Assembly: GCA_050173015.1 (NCBI GenBank)
Contig: JBFXLE010000004.1
Span: 96,001 to 160,000 of the forward strand
Source of the DNA: Calditrichaceae bacterium
GTDB taxonomy: Bacteria; Calditrichota; Calditrichia; Calditrichales; JBFXGD01
Length of the DNA: 64,000 nucleotides
Direction of reading: 5' to 3'
The position numbers and the translations under genes are program-made. This document shows positions 58,710 through 64,000 of this stretch, in pieces. Below the pieces are notes generated by a model. That model did not search any database, was not told the DNA's origin, and saw nothing but the letters and a program-made list of their open reading frames with translations. Within the stretch, counting starts at the first letter, position 1; each line of letters opens with the position of its first letter.

Positions 58710-59438
58710 ATGGGATATCGTGTAAAAATAGATGTGTTTGAGGGACCCTTCGATCTTCTGCTTTTTCTGATTCGGAAGAATGAGGTGGATATCTATGACA
58801 TACCAATTGCTTCTATCACCGATCAGTTTCTGGAATATCTGGATGTGATGAATGTGATGGATCTTGATATTGCCGGTGATTTTATCGAGATGGTGGCCAT
58901 TTTGATGCATATAAAAGCGCGGATGCTTCTTCCACAGCAATACGGTGTTCCTGAAGATGAAATGGAAGATCCCCGCACCGAACTCGTCGAAAAACTTATC
59001 GAATACAAAAAGTTTAAAGAAGCAGCCCTGGATATGGAAGAGCTTGAAGATAAACGCCGCCTTCTGTACAGCCGCCAGTATTTCAAGTATCTTCCGAGAA
59101 CAGAAGAAATTACAGATGAACAGTATCTTGAGAATGTAACATTGTTTGATCTGATACTTGCCTTTAAAAAGGCCATGGACAGTATGCCTAAAGTCCAGTA
59201 TCATGAGGTCAGAAAAATCGAAGTCACCGTAGAACAGCAATCGGAATATATTCTTGAGAGAGCTGGGAAAGTTAAGGTATTGCTTTTCCAGGATTTGATG
59301 AAGGAAATACGCGAAAAAATTGTCCTGATAGTCACCTTTATGGCTATGCTGGATTTAATTCGAAGCGGAAAAATATACGTACGGCAGTCCGATGTGTTCG
59401 ATGATATCAGAATTCAGACAAAATCAGAAGCAGCATAA
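58710..59438 (+). CDS. scpA: segregation and condensation protein A
   Basis: FEGPFDLLL.LI..IYDIPI, DPR.ELV..L.EY, VTF.AMLDL. Confidence 0.92.
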   Translation: MGYRVKIDVFEGPFDLLLFLIRKNEVDIYDIPIASITDQFLEYLDVMNVMDLDIAGDFIEMVAILMHIKARMLLPQQYGVPEDEMEDPRTELVEKLIEYKKFKEAALDMEELEDKRRLLYSRQYFKYLPRTEEITDEQYLENVTLFDLILAFKKAMDSMPKVQYHEVRKIEVTVEQQSEYILERAGKVKVLLFQDLMKEIREKIVLIVTFMAMLDLIRSGKIYVRQSDVFDDIRIQTKSEAA

Positions 59439-59453
59439 AGCAGCAGGGAAAAA

Positions 59454-60233
59454 ATGGTCATAGAAGACAAACAAATTATTGAAGCGCTGATTTTTGCAAG
59501 TGATCAGCCGATACCCGCCCGGAAGATCAAAGAAATCCTTCCGGATTATGGTGAAAAGGATATCAAGAAATTAATCGGGGAAATTAATCAGAAACATGAA
59601 GATTCCCGTTCTCCATTGCAAATTATTGAAGTTGCCGAAGGATTCCAGATTGTAACAAGAGGGGAATACGCAACCTGGATCGCGCAGCTTTATAAAAGCC
59701 GTTCAGCTTCCAGACTCACTCAAAAAGGTCTCGAAACGCTTGCGATTATTGCTTACAAACAGCCCATTACGAAACAAGAAATGGAGAGCATCAGAGGCGT
59801 TAATGTGGATGGTGTTGTCCGCACACTCGTTGAGAGAAATCTGATTACTGTTAAGGGCAGGCAAAAAGCTCCGGGAAATCCTTTGTTGTACGGGACCACA
59901 AAATATTTCCTTGAATATCTGGGATTAAAAAATTTAACGGATCTTCCTAAATTAAAAGAAATTGATGAGCTCCTGAAAAGTGATGATAAATTCCTTGAGA
60001 GCCTGGACCAGGTGGCGCTCGAACAAATGCTGCCTGAAATGTTAGGCATAAGAAGTATGGCTGAAGGAAATTCTGATGAGCAGGAAACCATTGATCAGAA
60101 TGGCAGTGACAAAGATGATAAGCAGGAGCGTATAAAATTTACGGATGATCCTGAATTAAAAAAAACGGAAACACATACGCGTCTTCCCGGGGATGATGCG
60201 GAAACTGAAGTGGAAAATGATGAGACTGAATAA
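59454..60233 (+). CDS. scpB: segregation and condensation protein B
   Basis: IEALIFAS, LETLAIIAYKQPIT..IRGV, PLLYGTT..FL. Confidence 0.93.
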   Translation: MVIEDKQIIEALIFASDQPIPARKIKEILPDYGEKDIKKLIGEINQKHEDSRSPLQIIEVAEGFQIVTRGEYATWIAQLYKSRSASRLTQKGLETLAIIAYKQPITKQEMESIRGVNVDGVVRTLVERNLITVKGRQKAPGNPLLYGTTKYFLEYLGLKNLTDLPKLKEIDELLKSDDKFLESLDQVALEQMLPEMLGIRSMAEGNSDEQETIDQNGSDKDDKQERIKFTDDPELKKTETHTRLPGDDAETEVENDETE

Positions 60234-60939
60234 ATATTTATCAAATGCAGGAGTAGCATCACGCCGCAAATGTGATGATCTCATAAAAGCCGGTCAGATT
60301 AGGGTTAACGGTCAGGTCGTTAACACTTTGGGCGCGGTAATCGATGAAAATAAAGATGTGATTGAATACAATGGTAAAACAATAAAGCCAAAAGTTAAAT
60401 ATGTTTACATTTTACTAAATAAACCCACCGGTGTTGTTGCTTCCGCTGATGATGAATTTGACCGGCAGACGGTTGTGGATCTGGTACCGGTGGAAGAACG
60501 GATTTACCCGGTCGGACGCCTGGATTATGATACGACAGGGGTGCTGCTACTTACCGATGACGGAGAACTGACAAACCGACTGATTCACCCGAATTACAAA
60601 GTCATTAAGGTGTACCGTGTTCTTCTAAACAAAAAAATCAAACCGATTGATCTGCACCATCTTAGAAACGGAGTGATGCTGGAAGAAAAGATGACCCAGG
60701 CATGTGTTATCAATGAACTTCGTATAATGGATAATCAAAGCTATCTTGAAATAGAATTAAAAGAAGGGCGCAACCGCCAGATTCGAAAGATGTTTGCGCT
60801 TTTTGGTTATTCTGTAGAACAATTAGATCGTGTTTCATTTGCCGGATTTACCTCAAAAGGCTTGCGGCAAGGGGAATGGCGCTATCTGGACGAAATGGAA
60901 ATCAGACTTCTAAAAGAAGGAGTGGATTATGGAGATTAA
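60217..60939 (+). CDS. rluB: 23S rRNA pseudouridine synthase (RluB/RsuA family)
   Basis: RLNKYL..GVASRR S4 domain, PVGRLD, EGRNRQIR. Confidence 0.88.
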   Translation: MMRLNKYLSNAGVASRRKCDDLIKAGQIRVNGQVVNTLGAVIDENKDVIEYNGKTIKPKVKYVYILLNKPTGVVASADDEFDRQTVVDLVPVEERIYPVGRLDYDTTGVLLLTDDGELTNRLIHPNYKVIKVYRVLLNKKIKPIDLHHLRNGVMLEEKMTQACVINELRIMDNQSYLEIELKEGRNRQIRKMFALFGYSVEQLDRVSFAGFTSKGLRQGEWRYLDEMEIRLLKEGVDYGD

Positions 60940-62632
60940 GGGTAAGAAGGTTCTCGTATTAGGCGGTTGGGGACTCGTCGGTCTCGCTGTCTGTAAGAGA
61001 CTTATTCAACAGGAAGCGGGGGAGATTGTTATTCTATCTCTGGAGAAATGGCAGGCGGAAGACGCGGTTAACACGGTTAAGGAACTTGATCCGAAAATTA
61101 AAGCCATCGCGGAATGGGGTAACATCTTTGTCCGCAAAAGCATCAAGGACCTTAACAGAGATCAAATATTGGAAGATGCGAAAAATCGTGAAATTGTTAT
61201 GAATGACGTACTCTCCGATTTAACAGATGAGACATTGAATGAATCCTTTTTGTATCAGGTTATCTCAAAACATAAACCCGATATTGTGATTGATTGTGTT
61301 AATTCCGCAACGGCTCTAGCGTATCAGGATATTTTCAGGAGCGGGATAGAAGTGCGTAAGGCCATTAATAATTTTAAAATCAATTCTAAACAGGATGGTA
61401 TGGTTCCAACCATTGAGAAATTATTGATTACGCAGTATGTTCCTCAATTAATCCGCCATATCCAGATTATTTATGAAGCAATGAGAAAAGCAAAAACGAA
61501 GGTATATGTCAAAATCGGAACAAGCGGTACAGGTGGTATGGGTTTGAATATTCCTTATACCCATAGTGAAGAAAAACCTTCCCGAATGCTGTTAAGTAAA
61601 TCAGCCATCGCCGGAGCCCACACCCTGTTATTATGGCTGATGGCGCGCACACCGGATGGGCCCATCACTAAGGAGATCAAGCCAACGGCGGCGATCGCCT
61701 GGAAAAAAATTCAGTACGGAGAGATAAAAAAACGTGGAAAATCGGTAAGATTGTATGATTGCAAACCTGAAGAAGGACTTAAACTTACCGACAAGATTTC
61801 CATCTGTATGGATGAAGGCCCGTGGCAGGATATGGGTGATAACCTAAAAAAAGTGTTTATAGACACGGGTGAAAACGGTATATTCAGTTTTGAGGAATTC
61901 ACGGCAATTACTTCGAGAGGACAAATGGAATTTGTCACGCCGGAAGAAATCGCCAACAATGTAATCTATGAAATTATTGGCGGAAACACGGGACACGATA
62001 TAATCAACGCGCTGGACAATGCGACAATGGGACCAACTTACCGTGCCGGCTATCTGCGGAGCAGCGCCCTGCAGAAGATGGAGCGTTTGCAAAAAGAGCA
62101 TAAATCAGACAGTGTGGCGTTTGAATTGCTCGGTCCGCCCAAACTCAGCAAATTGTTATACGAAGCATATCTTTTAAAACGTTGTAAAGGTACGATGGAA
62201 GCTGCCATACAAGCATCTCCCAAAGATCTTGCGGCAAGTGTAGAAAAGCTGATCAAAGAAGATCAGGCCCTCCGGTCAGAGATTCTCTCCATCGGCATTC
62301 CCATGCTGATGAGCGACGGAAAGACCTTTTTACGAGGTCCGGACATGAAAATTCCGGCCTACAGAGGCAGCAACGAGCTTGATGTTACTGAAGAAAATAT
62401 TGAAAAATGGACAAATGAAGGCTGGATTGATCTGCGCGAAAAGAATTTTCAAACCTGGATCGAACGATTTAAGAAAATTAATGAGGAGATCCAGTCGGTT
62501 CCCATGGATGATACCAGCTCTGAGTATGATCGTGACCGTGAATACTGGATGGAATCAGAAAAAATTGAACCCGGAAAAATAATTGGCTGGCTGTTCCTCG
62601 ATGAAGAATTAGGCCACAGAATGAAGGAATAG
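60929..62632 (+). CDS. uncharacterised 567-aa Rossmann-fold protein
   Basis: VLVLGGWGLVG dinucleotide-binding start; remainder not recognised. Confidence 0.7.
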   Translation: MEIKGKKVLVLGGWGLVGLAVCKRLIQQEAGEIVILSLEKWQAEDAVNTVKELDPKIKAIAEWGNIFVRKSIKDLNRDQILEDAKNREIVMNDVLSDLTDETLNESFLYQVISKHKPDIVIDCVNSATALAYQDIFRSGIEVRKAINNFKINSKQDGMVPTIEKLLITQYVPQLIRHIQIIYEAMRKAKTKVYVKIGTSGTGGMGLNIPYTHSEEKPSRMLLSKSAIAGAHTLLLWLMARTPDGPITKEIKPTAAIAWKKIQYGEIKKRGKSVRLYDCKPEEGLKLTDKISICMDEGPWQDMGDNLKKVFIDTGENGIFSFEEFTAITSRGQMEFVTPEEIANNVIYEIIGGNTGHDIINALDNATMGPTYRAGYLRSSALQKMERLQKEHKSDSVAFELLGPPKLSKLLYEAYLLKRCKGTMEAAIQASPKDLAASVEKLIKEDQALRSEILSIGIPMLMSDGKTFLRGPDMKIPAYRGSNELDVTEENIEKWTNEGWIDLREKNFQTWIERFKKINEEIQSVPMDDTSSEYDRDREYWMESEKIEPGKIIGWLFLDEELGHRMKE

Positions 62633-63316
62633 ATGGATAAGCGGATTACGATTGCGATTGACGGGCCGGCCGCGTCCGGTAAAAGCACAACAGCCCGGCT
62701 TCTGGCAAAGAAGCTGGGCTATATTTATATCGATACCGGCGCGATGTACCGCGCGGCGACATTAGCTGTTCTCGAACAGAATGTTGATATCGACGACGAA
62801 AGCGCGGTTGAACAGGTTGTAAGGATGAGCCGAGTAACCATTGCCCTGGCCGATGATGGTCAGCGTACTTTTTTAGATGATAAGGATGTTACACATTTGC
62901 TGAGATCTCCGAAGATTGATAAAGCAATCAGCGCTGTTTCATCATATGCCGGCGTGAGGCGGGTTATGGTTGAACAGCAGCGTGAACTTGCCGGAGAGGG
63001 CGGCGTTATTATGGACGGCAGGGATATTGGTACGGTAGTCCTGCCGGATGCTGATCTCAAAGTTTTTATGATGGCTTCGATTGAAGCGCGCGCAAACCGC
63101 AGAGTAAAAGAACTTATGAAAAAAGGCGTTCCGGTAGATGCGGATGAAGTCAGGAATGATATATCACGCCGTGACAGGCTTGACAGTACAAGAGATCAGT
63201 CACCGCTAAAAAGAGCTGATGATGCCAGAGATTTGGATAACTCGGGTTTATCAATTGATCAGCAGGTTAATATCATTTTGGAATGGGCGATGGAACTTCT
63301 AAAACCGGTAGCCTGA
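62633..63316 (+). CDS. cmk: cytidylate kinase
   Basis: IAIDGPAASGKST, DTGAMYR, DGRDIGTVV, RD..D..R..SPL. Confidence 0.96.
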   Translation: MDKRITIAIDGPAASGKSTTARLLAKKLGYIYIDTGAMYRAATLAVLEQNVDIDDESAVEQVVRMSRVTIALADDGQRTFLDDKDVTHLLRSPKIDKAISAVSSYAGVRRVMVEQQRELAGEGGVIMDGRDIGTVVLPDADLKVFMMASIEARANRRVKELMKKGVPVDADEVRNDISRRDRLDSTRDQSPLKRADDARDLDNSGLSIDQQVNIILEWAMELLKPVA

Positions 63317-63652
63317 CAGTTTTTTACAGTAATGATTGGATTTGGCGTCATATCGATCATTAATTTTCTGAGATTCAAACACGAAGTGCCGCATATTTTT
63401 CTGCAGATTCTCACTATAAAAAATTCTTAGGATCAATAAAAAATATAATATTGAATATTTTTTAAAAATGTTACGTTTATAAATTAAAGGAACTACCTAA
63501 TACCCGCGAAATAATTCTGATTTACGGAAGTCATGGAACATGATTCTCTACCGGTAAATCATCCTTCACTACGATTCAGGGACTGATGTGACAGCTTGAT
63601 GACGGGAATAAGTGTTTTTCGTCACTGAATTTATCATACAGTGAGAAGTGTT

Positions 63653-64000
63653 ATGACGCAATTTAATCGTCAGTTCCAGATAGCTCTGCTATTGTCAATA
63701 TGCTCCATTTTAATCGCCGGTGAATCAATCCTTAAGGGCAAGGTTCGTCACGCTAACACCTACAATGAAATCCCGGATGTAAATATCTATATCGAAAACT
63801 CCGGCATCGGCACGGTCTCTGATTTCGGAGGTGAGTTTCTTCTCGAAACAGCTAAGATTCCGGGTGACGCGCTCATTGTATTTAAGCATGTCGCATTCGA
63901 TTCCCTAAAGATATCACTCTCAGAAGCATTGAAAGTATCAAATTTTTATCTTGAGCCGCGCATCATTCAGGCGCGTAATATTCTCGTTGAAGCGGAAAAA
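63653..64000 (+). CDS. N-terminus of a probable TonB-dependent receptor (carboxypeptidase-regulatory-like domain), partial
   Basis: Manual translation MTQFNRQFQIALLLSIC..LKGKV..IPDVNIYI..GTVSD.GGEF, open to the window end. Confidence 0.65.
   Translation, partial: MTQFNRQFQIALLLSICSILIAGESILKGKVRHANTYNEIPDVNIYIENSGIGTVSDFGGEFLLETAKIPGDALIVFKHVAFDSLKISLSEALKVSNFYLEPRIIQARNILVEAEK

Overview
Chromosomal window (by eye GC in the low 40s percent) from a probable Calditrichota/FCB-related diderm anaerobe; the taxon is inferred from three secreted proteins ending in QN(Y/F/H)PNPFNP FlgD-Ig/CTD tails. No rRNA, tRNA, CRISPR, integrase or transposase was seen. The main element is a ~14 kb convergent respiratory island (4.6-18.6 kb). 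Its left arm is a Cys-rich MerR regulator, psrABC/phsABC-type molybdoenzyme, a 3 x 172 bp hairpin/heptamer tandem array, two YeeE/YedE halves and a rhodanese whose only Cys is C-terminal. Its right arm is mobA, a membrane protein, Rieske, cytochrome b and two paralogous 10-12 heme cytochromes c. Other notable items: a DUF1573 gene interrupted by an in-frame UGA in a UGC(T) motif with a SECIS-like hairpin (probable selenoprotein missed by the ORF track); a candidate ~180 nt sRNA carrying a perfect 13-nt complement of the 16S rRNA 3' end; an Rrf2 operon with two palindromic operators; a MerR/VIT-vWA pair with a promoter-spacer palindrome; a tocopherol cyclase/MenA-like prenyltransferase/phytol kinase neighbourhood; and the trpS-scpAB-rluB-(567 aa unknown)-cmk housekeeping cluster. 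All family calls are by eye from motifs; no searches were run.
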